Shown: piece after piece, positions 9,541 through 18,817 of the stretch
How the letters are laid out: each line of letters begins with the position of its first letter
Numbering within the stretch: the first letter of the stretch is position 1
Source: Candidatus Latescibacterota bacterium
GTDB lineage: Bacteria > Latescibacterota > UBA2968 > GCA-2709665
NCBI GenBank assembly: GCA_965237675.1
Contig: OZ250150.1
Span: 2,592,001-2,656,000 of the forward strand
Reading direction: 5' to 3'
DNA: 64,000 nucleotides
Notes under the pieces: generated by a model
What the model saw: only the letters and a program-made list of their open reading frames with translations
The model's database searches: none
What the model was told of the DNA's origin: nothing
Made by a program: the position numbers and the translations under genes

Positions 9541-9587
9541 ATCTTGTCGATATATAATTACATGAAATTCATATAAATCGACAAGAT
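9541..9587. promoter_or_regulatory. AT-rich palindromic operator in a divergent promoter region
   Basis: Perfect 11-bp inverted repeat ATCTTGTCGAT (9541-9551) / ATCGACAAGAT (9577-9587) inside a strongly AT-rich tract. Confidence 0.55.
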
Positions 9588-9915
9588 ATCTTTACAATTA
9601 TGCCGTTCGACTACTGTGCATCACAGCAGAGAACGCTATGGGATTGGCGGGCTTCGCGCAAGGCCGCCCTGTGATTCTGAGCGGAGTCGAATAATCTCCC
9701 GTCCATTCCATTCTACGTGCGGAGCAATGTGCGACGGATGCTCGCGCCCATTCGTGGATGCCGCCCCAGAAGAGGGTGCGGATGTGCTGCCTAGCGGGCC
9801 GGGTCCAGTGACAGATACTCGGAGATCATCCGCCGGGAGCAGGAGATGCTTCGTCAGCCTGGCGGCTTCCTCAGCATGACAGTGTTGTCGCGCGTGTGGC
9901 AGACGTATTTCGCGG

Positions 9916-10224
9916 ATGATTCGGCGGCGCATACGTAGCATCTCCAGCCTTTCGCGGCTCGCGGGCCTGTCGCGCCAGACGGTGGACGCGTTGTACAACC
10001 GGCCGCACAGGGTGAAGGGGATCCGGTTCGAGACGCTTGACGGTCTCTGCAGGGCGCTGGATTGCGGGATCGAGGATCTGTTCCAGTACGTGCCCGAAAG
10101 CGATCCGGCCACGCAGTCGCGGATCGACGAGGTTGGCAAGGCGGATCCGGACTCGGCTTGTGTCGATGTTGTCCGGACCGGGCCGGCTGGTGAGGATGCG
10201 GGACGGATGCATCCATCCCACTGA
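9916..10224 (+). CDS. Xre/Cro-C1 (HTH_26, YozG-like) transcriptional regulator
   Basis: LSRLAGLSRQTVDALY...IRFETLDGLCRALDCGIEDLFQY is the typical HTH_26 signature. The N-terminus may be damaged. Confidence 0.8.
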   Translation: MIRRRIRSISSLSRLAGLSRQTVDALYNRPHRVKGIRFETLDGLCRALDCGIEDLFQYVPESDPATQSRIDEVGKADPDSACVDVVRTGPAGEDAGRMHPSH

Positions 10225-10355
10225 AGGTACGTAGCGTGTGAATTCTCAGAGCCGTGGACCGAGCCGGCGTTTCGGGAAGTGGAATCCGCGTGGACGGAGC
10301 GTCGACGATAGACCGCTCGGCGGAATATGCGGAGGTTTGTGGAAGGGGGTTGGTT

Positions 10356-11912
10356 ATGCTTCAGGTGAATGATCTGCGCGTTGCCTACGGCGCTGTTTCC
10401 GTGCTCGATGGCATTTCTTTCAGCATGCAGCGAGGGGAGACGCTTGCGTTGGTGGGGGCAAACGGGTGTGGAAAAACCACGTTGTTGAATTGCCTCGTGG
10501 GCGCGATTACGGATTACGAGGGAACCGTGGCGTTGGACAGGTCCGCCAGGCCCGCCTATGTGCCCCAGGAGAGCCCGGTTGGATTCGAGGGGTCGGCGCT
10601 GGAGCGCGCGTTGTCTTTTGATGCCGAATTGGTGCGGTTATACAGGGGCATTCAGGCGGGGCGGAACGAGGCCTATCAGGAGTATTACGAATCCGGCGGG
10701 TACCAAAGCGAGGACCGGGTTCGTGCCTATGCCGAGAATTTCGGCGTGGTATTGGAAACGCCGTATGCGATGATGTCTCGCGGGCAGCAGCGCAAGGTGG
10801 ACCTGGTGGGGGTGTTGGCCCTGGACGCGGACCTGCTGCTGTTCGACGAACCACTGAATTATCTGGACATCAGGGGCATTACAGCGTTTGAAGAGGTCAT
10901 AAATCTTGTCAAACGAAGGGGAAGTGCGGTATTGATCGTGAGCCACGATCGGGAGTTGATCGACAATGTGGCGGATCGAACGGGATATCTGGAGCGGGGG
11001 AGGATGTTCTCGGTTCAGGGCGGTTATTCAACGGCGTTGGAGCACAAGGAGGCGGATTTTCGGGGCCGGATGGACAGGGCAAGGACGCTGAAAAAGAAGA
11101 TATCCGGGCTTCAGGAAGCCATGCGGCGGCGCATGTCGTGGGGCGTGAGCAGAGAGAATGAGACCAGGGATTCTTCAAGCCGGCGCCTGGCGGCAAAGGT
11201 AATGAAGGGTGCGAAGGTGATGGAACGCCGTCTGGAACGGCACAGGGCCGATCTGGAAGAGGAGAAGCCCTGGATTGAAAAGAGAATACGATTGAACTTT
11301 CCGGCCTATGAGGTGGACCGGCGGCTGATGGGGAGGATGGAGGCCGTGAGCAAGCAGTTTGGCGGCAACCCGGTCCTGGAGGCTCTGGACCTGGTTGTGG
11401 AGACCAGAGACCGAATCGCATTGATGGGCGCGAACGGGGCCGGGAAGACAACGCTCTTGAATATGATGACGGGGAAACTACCGCCGGATTCGGGCGCGGT
11501 CTATTTTAACCCGAACGTGAATATGGGTTATTTAACCCAGGGACTGGACGGGTTTTACAACCAGGAGATCTTCCTGCACAATTTTGCAGACGTTGATTAC
11601 GAGGAAAGCGAGGTGCGGCAGTTCCTGGGTGCGGCCATGCTGCGCGGTGAAAAGGTCGTCCGTCCGGTTCATACGCTGAGTTACGGCGAGCGGATGCGCG
11701 GCGCCATTGTGAAAATGATACTGAAACGGATGGAGTTTCTGGTGTTGGACGAGCCCACGACGCACCTGGATATCGAGTCCGTGGAGGTGCTGGAAAGGCT
11801 GCTCGAGACGTTTCCCGGCGGGTTCGTGGTTGTCAGCCACGACCGGCGTTTGATTTCTCACGTGGCGGATGAGGTCTATATGTTGGAAAACGGACGGTTG
11901 GAACGGTTGTAG
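10356..11912 (+). CDS. ABC-F family ATPase (ribosome-associated, possibly antibiotic-resistance ARE type)
   Basis: Two NBDs (GANGCGKTT/FDEPLNYLD and GANGAGKTT/LDEPTTHLD, each with VSHDR), no TM segments, long basic linker. Confidence 0.9.
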   Translation: MLQVNDLRVAYGAVSVLDGISFSMQRGETLALVGANGCGKTTLLNCLVGAITDYEGTVALDRSARPAYVPQESPVGFEGSALERALSFDAELVRLYRGIQAGRNEAYQEYYESGGYQSEDRVRAYAENFGVVLETPYAMMSRGQQRKVDLVGVLALDADLLLFDEPLNYLDIRGITAFEEVINLVKRRGSAVLIVSHDRELIDNVADRTGYLERGRMFSVQGGYSTALEHKEADFRGRMDRARTLKKKISGLQEAMRRRMSWGVSRENETRDSSSRRLAAKVMKGAKVMERRLERHRADLEEEKPWIEKRIRLNFPAYEVDRRLMGRMEAVSKQFGGNPVLEALDLVVETRDRIALMGANGAGKTTLLNMMTGKLPPDSGAVYFNPNVNMGYLTQGLDGFYNQEIFLHNFADVDYEESEVRQFLGAAMLRGEKVVRPVHTLSYGERMRGAIVKMILKRMEFLVLDEPTTHLDIESVEVLERLLETFPGGFVVVSHDRRLISHVADEVYMLENGRLERL

Positions 11913-11930
11913 ACGCGGAAGCCGTGGATT

Positions 11931-12065
11931 TTAGTGAGAACCGGTTTCCCAGAAGTAGATGGGTTTGCCCGTGTTGTCGATATAGCCGGAACGCCCTTCT
12001 CCGACCACGGGAGCCACGCCGCCGTTAAAAGCCCAGACCCTGGTGAATTGGGGTTCGGCGTTACG
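11931..12065 (-). pseudogene. C-terminal fragment of a WG-repeat (KWG) protein
   Basis: Manual translation AEPQFTRVWAFNGGVAPVVGEGRSGYIDNTGKPIYFW...* matches the WG repeat consensus. No in-frame start. Confidence 0.6.
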
Positions 12066-12139
12066 AGACCAACTTTGAGCCGTTCCATTTCATACGAAGC
12101 GATGCGAAATTTCCCCCATTCCGGTACGGTGCAAATCCA

Positions 12140-13156
12140 ATGAAGGTCATCTATTCCGCGACCCACCAGCGTCATTCGCCGCCCTTTCAGTTTATTGGAG
12201 GCGGGCTGAAGCCGTATCCCGAGGTACCGGAGCGGGTGGAGGCGATTCTGCGGGCCATAGAAGGGACGTACGAGGTGATGCCGCCGCGGGGGTTTTCGAT
12301 GGATGCCATCCGCGCCGTACACGACGCGGGATATCTGCGCTTCCTGGAGCGCGCGCACGCGGCGTGGGTCGATCGTGGGGGAGGCAGCGAAACCGGACTG
12401 ATCCCTGACACTTTCGCCGCGCGCGCGTCGTCCCGCAGGCCGCGCGACCCTGTGCAACAGGCGGGTTACTACGGCTTCGAAACACAGACGCCGATTCTGG
12501 AACACACTTTTGCGACGGCGCGCGAGGCCACGTTCTGCGCGCTGACCGGCGCTGCGTTACTGCTGGAGGGAGAGACCGGCGTCTATTCGCTCAGCCGTCC
12601 GCCGGGCCATCACGCCGCGGCCGACCTGTACGGCGGCTATTGCTACCTGAACCACGCGGCGGTCGCGGCAGAATATCTCAGCGCCGGTGGACGGGTGGCC
12701 GTGCTGGACGTGGACTATCACCACGGGAATGGGACGCAGTCGATCTTCTACGCCTCCGATGCGGTTCTCTTCATTTCGATCCACGCGGACCCGGATTGCG
12801 AGTACCCTTATTTCAGCGGGTTTGCGGATGAGGCGGGTGCGGGCGCCGGGAGAGGGCTGAACGTGAATCTGCCGCTTCCCATCGGCGCGGGCGACACGCT
12901 GTACGTGGAGACGCTGGACAGGGCGCTGAACGAAGTGGATCGGTTCGCCCCCGCCTTTCTCGTGGTGTCGCTGGGCGTGGACATCTGCCGGCGAGACCCG
13001 CTGGGTAAGTTCGACCTGCCGGTTTCTACGTTCGAGACAATCGGTCGGCGACTGGCCCGTGGAGGTCTTCCGACGCTGCTGGTGCAGGAAGGCGGATACG
13101 CTCTGGACACCGTTGGCGCGTGTGTGCAGAATGTGCTTGATGGATTTGGGCCTTAG
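12140..13156 (+). CDS. Histone deacetylase family, acetylpolyamine amidohydrolase-like
   Basis: RPPGHHA, GGYCYLN, LDVDYHHGNGTQ, VQEGGY. Confidence 0.9.
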   Translation: MKVIYSATHQRHSPPFQFIGGGLKPYPEVPERVEAILRAIEGTYEVMPPRGFSMDAIRAVHDAGYLRFLERAHAAWVDRGGGSETGLIPDTFAARASSRRPRDPVQQAGYYGFETQTPILEHTFATAREATFCALTGAALLLEGETGVYSLSRPPGHHAAADLYGGYCYLNHAAVAAEYLSAGGRVAVLDVDYHHGNGTQSIFYASDAVLFISIHADPDCEYPYFSGFADEAGAGAGRGLNVNLPLPIGAGDTLYVETLDRALNEVDRFAPAFLVVSLGVDICRRDPLGKFDLPVSTFETIGRRLARGGLPTLLVQEGGYALDTVGACVQNVLDGFGP

Positions 13157-13252
13157 GCGTTAATTGTCCGTTCGGACACCCCGAACGAACAGAGGCAATT
13201 TAGGCGCCATTGCGTCGCTGGCGGCCGTGTTGGCTGGCGAAAGGTGGAAGTG

Positions 13253-13999
13253 ATGATTCTCGCTGAAATGACGTCCCCCGAAATCGACGCCCTGCCGCGG
13301 GATATTGTGGTATTGATGCCTGTGGCCTCCTGTGAACAGCACAGCTTGCATCTGCCCGTGTTTACCGACAGTCTGATCGGGGGCGAGGTGGCCAGGCGCG
13401 TGCACGAGCGCTGCCCGGACGACGTACTGGTGTTGCCGGTGCAGTGGCTGGGGTACTCCCAGCATCATATCCGTTATCCCGGCACGGTGAGTGCGGTGTC
13501 CCAGACGCATCTGCTTCTGATGATGGACATCGCGGCGTCGATGGTGGGGCACGGGTTTCGGAAGATTCTGATTCAGAACAGCCATGGCGGGAACGGCGCG
13601 AATATCTCCGTGCTGCTGCAGCGGCTGATGGAACGGTACCCCGACGGCGACGTGGAATTTTACTCACGCTGGGCGTGGGCCTCCGGCGATTCGCTGAACA
13701 GGATACGCAAACTCGGTTCCGGCGGGTCCGGCCATGCCGGCGAGTCGGAGACGTCGATGATCCTGGCGATCCGTCCCGAACTCGTGCGCACGGACCGGCT
13801 GGATGCGGATGGCGAACGGGACGGTATGCGGGTGCCGGGGGTGGCCTCGTATTATCGATTCGATCAACGCACCCGGCACGGCGGCGTGGGCGACCCCACG
13901 GTCGCAAGCGCAAAGGATGGGGAACATATGCTGGATGCTTCCGCGGATGAGGTCGCCGAACACGTGCGGCAGATCCGGGCCCTGAAGCCGTTCGGTTAG
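13253..13999 (+). CDS. Creatininase / creatinine amidohydrolase family protein
   Basis: EQHSLHLPVFTD, NSHGGN, GHAGESETS, GGVGDP. Start could be 13244, 13250 or 13253. Confidence 0.9.
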   Translation: MILAEMTSPEIDALPRDIVVLMPVASCEQHSLHLPVFTDSLIGGEVARRVHERCPDDVLVLPVQWLGYSQHHIRYPGTVSAVSQTHLLLMMDIAASMVGHGFRKILIQNSHGGNGANISVLLQRLMERYPDGDVEFYSRWAWASGDSLNRIRKLGSGGSGHAGESETSMILAIRPELVRTDRLDADGERDGMRVPGVASYYRFDQRTRHGGVGDPTVASAKDGEHMLDASADEVAEHVRQIRALKPFG

Positions 14000-14142
14000 T
14001 GGCGGATTCAGGGAATTGACATTGGGTTCGGTCATTGAGAAGGAACCCGCCGGCCTGTACCGGGGTCGGCCGTTCACACCTATGGCAGATGTACAAGATC
14101 GTTTGGCATCAGCGCGTCGCAAATACACCCGGAGGAGACGGC

Positions 14143-14934
14143 ATGCGCAGAAATCGACTGAGTGAGTTGCTGAAGGCGGATCAGCCCAGTCTGGGAACCC
14201 ACGTTCACAGCCCATGGCCGACCGTGATGGAACTGGTCGGAATATCCGGAATGTACGACTACGTGGAATACGTTTCGGAATACGCACCGTACGACCTGCA
14301 TACGTTCGAGAACCTCGCCAGGGCGATCGAATTGTACGATATGTCGTCGATGATCAAGGTGGAACAGGAACCGAGAGCACACCTTGCGTCGCGTGCAATC
14401 GGCGCCGGCATTCAGAATGTACTGTTCGCGGACGTGCGTTCGGTTTCGGACACGCGCGAGTGCGTGAAGGCGGTGCGTGCCGAAACGCCCACGGCGGGAG
14501 GGCAGCATGGGGCCAGCATGCGCCGGACCATGAAGTTCGGGATGGCCGGGGGACTGCCCGAGTTCGTGGATGCCATGGAGGATGTCGTGATCGCCGTGAT
14601 GATCGAAAAGGCGCCGGCGGTGGAGAATCTGGAGGCGCTTCTGTCGGTGGGCGGCGTGGATATGGTGCAGTTCGGACCCGGCGACTATTCCATGAGTATC
14701 GGGCATCCCGGCGAATATGGACACGAAAGCGTCAGAGAGGCGGAGAAGTTCGTCATCGAGACGTCGTTGAAAATGGGTGTGGCGCCGCGCGCGGAAATCA
14801 GCAGTCCGGACCAGGCAAAGCGTTATCTGGATATGGGCGTAAAACACTTCTGTATCGGTACGGATGTCAGCATCCTGATGGACTGGTTCCGATCGCGGGG
14901 AGAGGAAATGCGGCGGGTGCTGGAAGGCGCGTGA
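14143..14934 (+). CDS. HpcH/HpaI aldolase family protein
   Basis: IAVMIEKAPAVENLEALLSVGGVDMVQFGPGDYSMSIG. GGAGG SD before ATG 14143. Confidence 0.85.
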   Translation: MRRNRLSELLKADQPSLGTHVHSPWPTVMELVGISGMYDYVEYVSEYAPYDLHTFENLARAIELYDMSSMIKVEQEPRAHLASRAIGAGIQNVLFADVRSVSDTRECVKAVRAETPTAGGQHGASMRRTMKFGMAGGLPEFVDAMEDVVIAVMIEKAPAVENLEALLSVGGVDMVQFGPGDYSMSIGHPGEYGHESVREAEKFVIETSLKMGVAPRAEISSPDQAKRYLDMGVKHFCIGTDVSILMDWFRSRGEEMRRVLEGA

Positions 14935-15165
14935 TTTTACCCGTCTGCATGCTGGCATCTCGCAAATTGCGAGAGGATTGGCGCCCGCTCTCTGAACGGA
15001 TTCGATAGTGGCGGTCACCACAATTTCAGAGTCGCCCGGACTGACAGGAATCGAACATGAAGTACATATCCATCTGATTTTCGCGGCGTCGGGATAACGA
15101 CAGGTGCCGCGGATTCAAGAGGCATGTTCGCGAAGCGCGACAGGCCGGAGGGAGGCGATTTTCTA

Positions 15166-16221
15166 ATGGCAGCGGAATCAGCTGAAGTCGATCGGGCGGA
15201 TCCTCACAGTCTCTGGAACGTGGACAATCCTCGGATGCACGTGGGCACGCAGCGGTTCGACACAACGGACGAACACCTGGGGTTTCTCGCGCGCCTCGGC
15301 GTGAACAGTATGGCCGCGAACGATATCACGTTCGATCGCGAGCGGGGTTGGGATGCCGAGGAACTTGCGGAGAAACGCGAGAAATGCCGGCGTTTCGGCG
15401 TCGACCTGGAAATGGTGGCGCTGCCCCTCCACCAGTTCAACGACGACGGCGGATCGACGCCCAACTATATGCTGGGAAACTGGAAGAAGGGGGAGAAGGA
15501 GATCGACCGCGTCTGCAGAATGGTGCAGGCAACGGCCGATGCCGGCATTCCGGCAATCAAATATTTCCTGTGTGAGATGGAAAACCAGCGCACGGAAAGC
15601 GTGCCGCCGGGGCGCGGAGGCGTGCGGTATTCCACCTGGGATCTCTCAAAGGCCGATGCCGGTACGCCGCGCTTCGATAAACCCGTGACGGCCGAGGAGA
15701 ACTGGGAGCGGGTGACGTTCTTCCTGGAGCGCGTGATTCCGGTTGCCGAGGCGTGCAAGGTGCGCATGGCGTGTCATCCCTGCGATCCCTGGCTGCCGCC
15801 AGGATACAAGGGCGTGGACCGCGTCCTGGGCGGGGCTGAGGGATTCAAGCGGTTTATCGAAATCTGTGCCAGTCCCTATCACGGCCTGAATCTCTGCCTG
15901 GGCTGCATGGCGGAGAGCGTGGAGGATCCTGCCCGGGAAGTGCCGGATATTATCCGTTATTTCGGAGAACGAAAGAAGATTCATCTGATCCACTATCGGA
16001 ATATCTTCGGCGGACGCAACAAATTCCAGGAGGTCTGGCCCGACGAAGGCGACATGAACATGTTCACGCTGATGCAGGCGCTTAGAGACGTGGGCTATCC
16101 GCACATGGTCGTGCCGGACCACGCACCGGGCCACAGCGCGTCGGGCAGCTTCGAACAGGCGTTCGCCTTCCAGTTCGGCTATATCAAGGCGATGATGCAG
16201 GCCGTGTTCTCGGCTGCCTGA
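15166..16221 (+). CDS. Mannonate dehydratase (UxuA)-family protein
   Basis: ENWERVTFFLERVIPVAE...MACHPCDP, GLNLCLG, HYRN, EGDMNM, VPDHAP, AFQFGYIKAM. Confidence 0.8.
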   Translation: MAAESAEVDRADPHSLWNVDNPRMHVGTQRFDTTDEHLGFLARLGVNSMAANDITFDRERGWDAEELAEKREKCRRFGVDLEMVALPLHQFNDDGGSTPNYMLGNWKKGEKEIDRVCRMVQATADAGIPAIKYFLCEMENQRTESVPPGRGGVRYSTWDLSKADAGTPRFDKPVTAEENWERVTFFLERVIPVAEACKVRMACHPCDPWLPPGYKGVDRVLGGAEGFKRFIEICASPYHGLNLCLGCMAESVEDPAREVPDIIRYFGERKKIHLIHYRNIFGGRNKFQEVWPDEGDMNMFTLMQALRDVGYPHMVVPDHAPGHSASGSFEQAFAFQFGYIKAMMQAVFSAA

Positions 16222-16340
16222 GGAGGTGTGCACGGGCGGATATCGGCAAATCGACCGGTGCATTCGACACGTCCCGCCAAAGCGGGGCCGAGACGTCGAT
16301 GTTCGTTCAAGGGAAACCGCGTTCTTGTGGAGTCGTGACG

Positions 16341-16679
16341 ATGTTCGATACGAGCGTATTCGATCGGGCTCTCAAGAAACTAAGAGAGAAGCGAAACAGC
16401 GAGAGAGAGGAATGCCTGCGTTCCGTTGTTGCAACCCTGGAACGCATCCGGAGACAATACGACATTCGTGAGGCCTATGTCACGGGGTCGCTTCTGGTCG
16501 AGCACAGATGGAATCAAGCTTCCGACGTCGACGTGGCTGTCGGCGGATGCTCCGGATCGGTCCTCGACGTGATGAAGGCGTTGGAAGATGCCACGGCCAG
16601 GGTTGTGGACGTCATCGATCTGGACACGCATCCGTTTCCCGAAACGACCAAGGAAAAGGGTTGGAAGGTATATGGATGA
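16341..16679 (+). CDS. Minimal nucleotidyltransferase (MNT) antitoxin
   Basis: YVTGSL...SDVDVAV...VDVIDL polymerase-beta motif. Overlaps the downstream HEPN gene. Confidence 0.85.
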   Translation: MFDTSVFDRALKKLREKRNSEREECLRSVVATLERIRRQYDIREAYVTGSLLVEHRWNQASDVDVAVGGCSGSVLDVMKALEDATARVVDVIDLDTHPFPETTKEKGWKVYG

Positions 16680-17133
16680 AGCCAGGACCGCCATCCTGAA
16701 GGCGGAAATCGATTCGCGCGAGCGTGATATAGACCGCATTTACGAACGGATCGAACAGCGGACAGGGATATTTCGCCAAACGGCCGAGGGTGTCGACAGT
16801 ATGGCCTATCAGATCCACAATCTCTATTCCGTTTTCAAGCAGCTCTTCGAGACAGTCGTCCATTTCTTCGAGAACCGGCTTGAAGAGGAGAGGTATCATA
16901 TAGACCTCTTGCGCCGGATGTGCCTTGAAATCGATGGCATCAGGCCGACCCTGGTATCCGATGACGCCTTTGATCTGCTGGATGAACTGCGCAGGTTTCG
17001 GCATTTTTTTCGGCACGCGTACACGGCCGAATTGAATCCGGAAAAGTTGGACGATCTTCTCGGCAAAGCCCGTCGCCTGAGAGAGATTCACAGGCAGGAC
17101 GTGGTAAAATTCATGGACCGGATGAAGAAATAG
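16672..17133 (+). CDS. HEPN (HepT-like) ribonuclease toxin
   Basis: LDELRRFRHFFRHAY contains Rx4HxY; HNLY motif; paired with the MNT gene. Confidence 0.85.
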   Translation: MDEARTAILKAEIDSRERDIDRIYERIEQRTGIFRQTAEGVDSMAYQIHNLYSVFKQLFETVVHFFENRLEEERYHIDLLRRMCLEIDGIRPTLVSDDAFDLLDELRRFRHFFRHAYTAELNPEKLDDLLGKARRLREIHRQDVVKFMDRMKK

Positions 17134-17226
17134 GCAGAGGTGTGGTGCGAACCTGCGGCACGCGTCGTCGAGATACTGGTCTCTGAATCGGTTTACGATG
17201 AATCCGTGAATGGGAGTCGCCACGAA

Positions 17227-18030
17227 ATGGACAGTGAGGTGAATCTGTTTTCTCTGGAAGGGCGCGTCGCGCTCGTGACGGGCGCCGGAAGGGGGATCGG
17301 GCAGGGTGTCGCGAAGGGCCTTGCGGCACACGGCGCCACGTGTGTCTGCGCCGCGAGGACCCGATCGCAACTCGACGAAACGGTGGCGGCGATCGAAGCG
17401 GCCGGCGGCGACGCATTGGCAGTGGAAATGGATATGGCGGATCTGGACTCCGTCAAACGGGGGATGGAGAAAACCTGCGTGCACTATGGGCAACTGGACA
17501 TTCTCGTGAACAACGCGGGGATGAATATCCGGGAGCCGCTGGACGCGGTCACCGAGGAACATTACGATCAGATTATGGCCGTGAATCTGAAGGGGCTCTA
17601 CTTTCTGACGCAGATGGCCGCCCAACACATGATCCCTCGAAGGCAGGGTAAAGTCATCAATATCGGCTCCCTGACAACCGGAATCGCGCTGCACGGCGTA
17701 TCGGTGTATACCGCCACCAAGGGGGCCGTGGGTCAGTTGACCAGGGCGCAGGCACTGGAATTGGGGCCGCACAATATCCAGGTCAACGCGATCTGCCCGG
17801 GCTTTATCCTGACGCCGCTGACGGAGAAGTTATGGTCCGACCCGACGATGCGGGCATGGGGCGAAGGACGCACCCCCGCCGGCCGGCTCGGCGTACCCGA
17901 GGACCTGGTCGGAACCGCCGTTTTTCTGGCATCCGCCGCGTCGGATTTCGTAACGGGCCAGCACGTCTACGTGGACGGCGGATTCATGGCCGGGGAGAAG
18001 TGGCCCCTGCCCTCCAAGGGAGGGCAGTAG
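17227..18030 (+). CDS. SDR oxidoreductase (gluconate 5-dehydrogenase / KduD-like)
   Basis: TGAGRGIG, NNAG, YTATK, VNAICPG, VDGG. Confidence 0.9.
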   Translation: MDSEVNLFSLEGRVALVTGAGRGIGQGVAKGLAAHGATCVCAARTRSQLDETVAAIEAAGGDALAVEMDMADLDSVKRGMEKTCVHYGQLDILVNNAGMNIREPLDAVTEEHYDQIMAVNLKGLYFLTQMAAQHMIPRRQGKVINIGSLTTGIALHGVSVYTATKGAVGQLTRAQALELGPHNIQVNAICPGFILTPLTEKLWSDPTMRAWGEGRTPAGRLGVPEDLVGTAVFLASAASDFVTGQHVYVDGGFMAGEKWPLPSKGGQ

Positions 18031-18120
18031 TGCGCTCCGGCGGCCTTTCGCCCCGAAGCCCTGCCCTGCGCCGCTCCCCGTATTAATTATCGCCGGCGGT
18101 AACGCACTCCAACCGGGCGC

Positions 18121-18678
18121 ATGTCGATGGATGCAGACAGGATAGCACAACAGATCGCCTTCATTACCGAGATCGACAAGCTGAAGCAGGTGCTCCGTCG
18201 GACGTATCTGATCGATGGAAAACGCCGGGAGAACGACGCGGAGCATTCCTGGCATCTGGCGGTGATGGCTGTGCTGCTTGCGGAGTACGCGCGGGAAGAG
18301 CTGGACCTGCTGAAAGTTTTGAAAATGCTGCTGCTTCACGACGTCGTGGAGATCGACGCGGGTGACACCTTTGCGTACGACGAAGCGGGGCATGCCGATA
18401 AGGCGGAACGTGAGCAGCGCGCCGCGTTGCGTATTTTCAATATGCTACCCGCGGATTTGGCCGCCGAGGTGTTCGGGTTGTGGGAGGAGTTTGAGGCGCG
18501 CGAGACGCAGGAGGCGAAGTACGCGGCGGCCCTGGACCGCATGCAACCGATTCTGCTGAATTACGGATCCGGCGGGATTGCGTGGCGGGAGCACGACATA
18601 AGGACGGAGCAGGTGATTGAGCGAAACCGGCATATCGAAGCGGGGCGCCGGACCTTTGGACGTACGTCCGGGGGTTGA
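18121..18678 (+). CDS. HD-domain phosphohydrolase (HD_3); C-terminal frameshift, natural end probably 18722
   Basis: RRENDAEHSWH, LLHDVVEIDAGD, ALDRMQP. One extra G in the run at 18642-18645 would restore GAPDLWTYVRGLIDRAEKQGYL. Confidence 0.85.
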   Translation: MSMDADRIAQQIAFITEIDKLKQVLRRTYLIDGKRRENDAEHSWHLAVMAVLLAEYAREELDLLKVLKMLLLHDVVEIDAGDTFAYDEAGHADKAEREQRAALRIFNMLPADLAAEVFGLWEEFEARETQEAKYAAALDRMQPILLNYGSGGIAWREHDIRTEQVIERNRHIEAGRRTFGRTSGG

Positions 18679-18817
18679 TCGACCGGGCTGAGAAACAGGG
18701 GTATCTCGTATCGAAAGCCTGATCGCCGCGTGTGATGTTTCTCGCGGACGTGTAGAAGACGTGCGGCGGGTGAATCGGACGGAATGGACGGACGACATTA
18801 GACAGGGGGTTCGGGTT

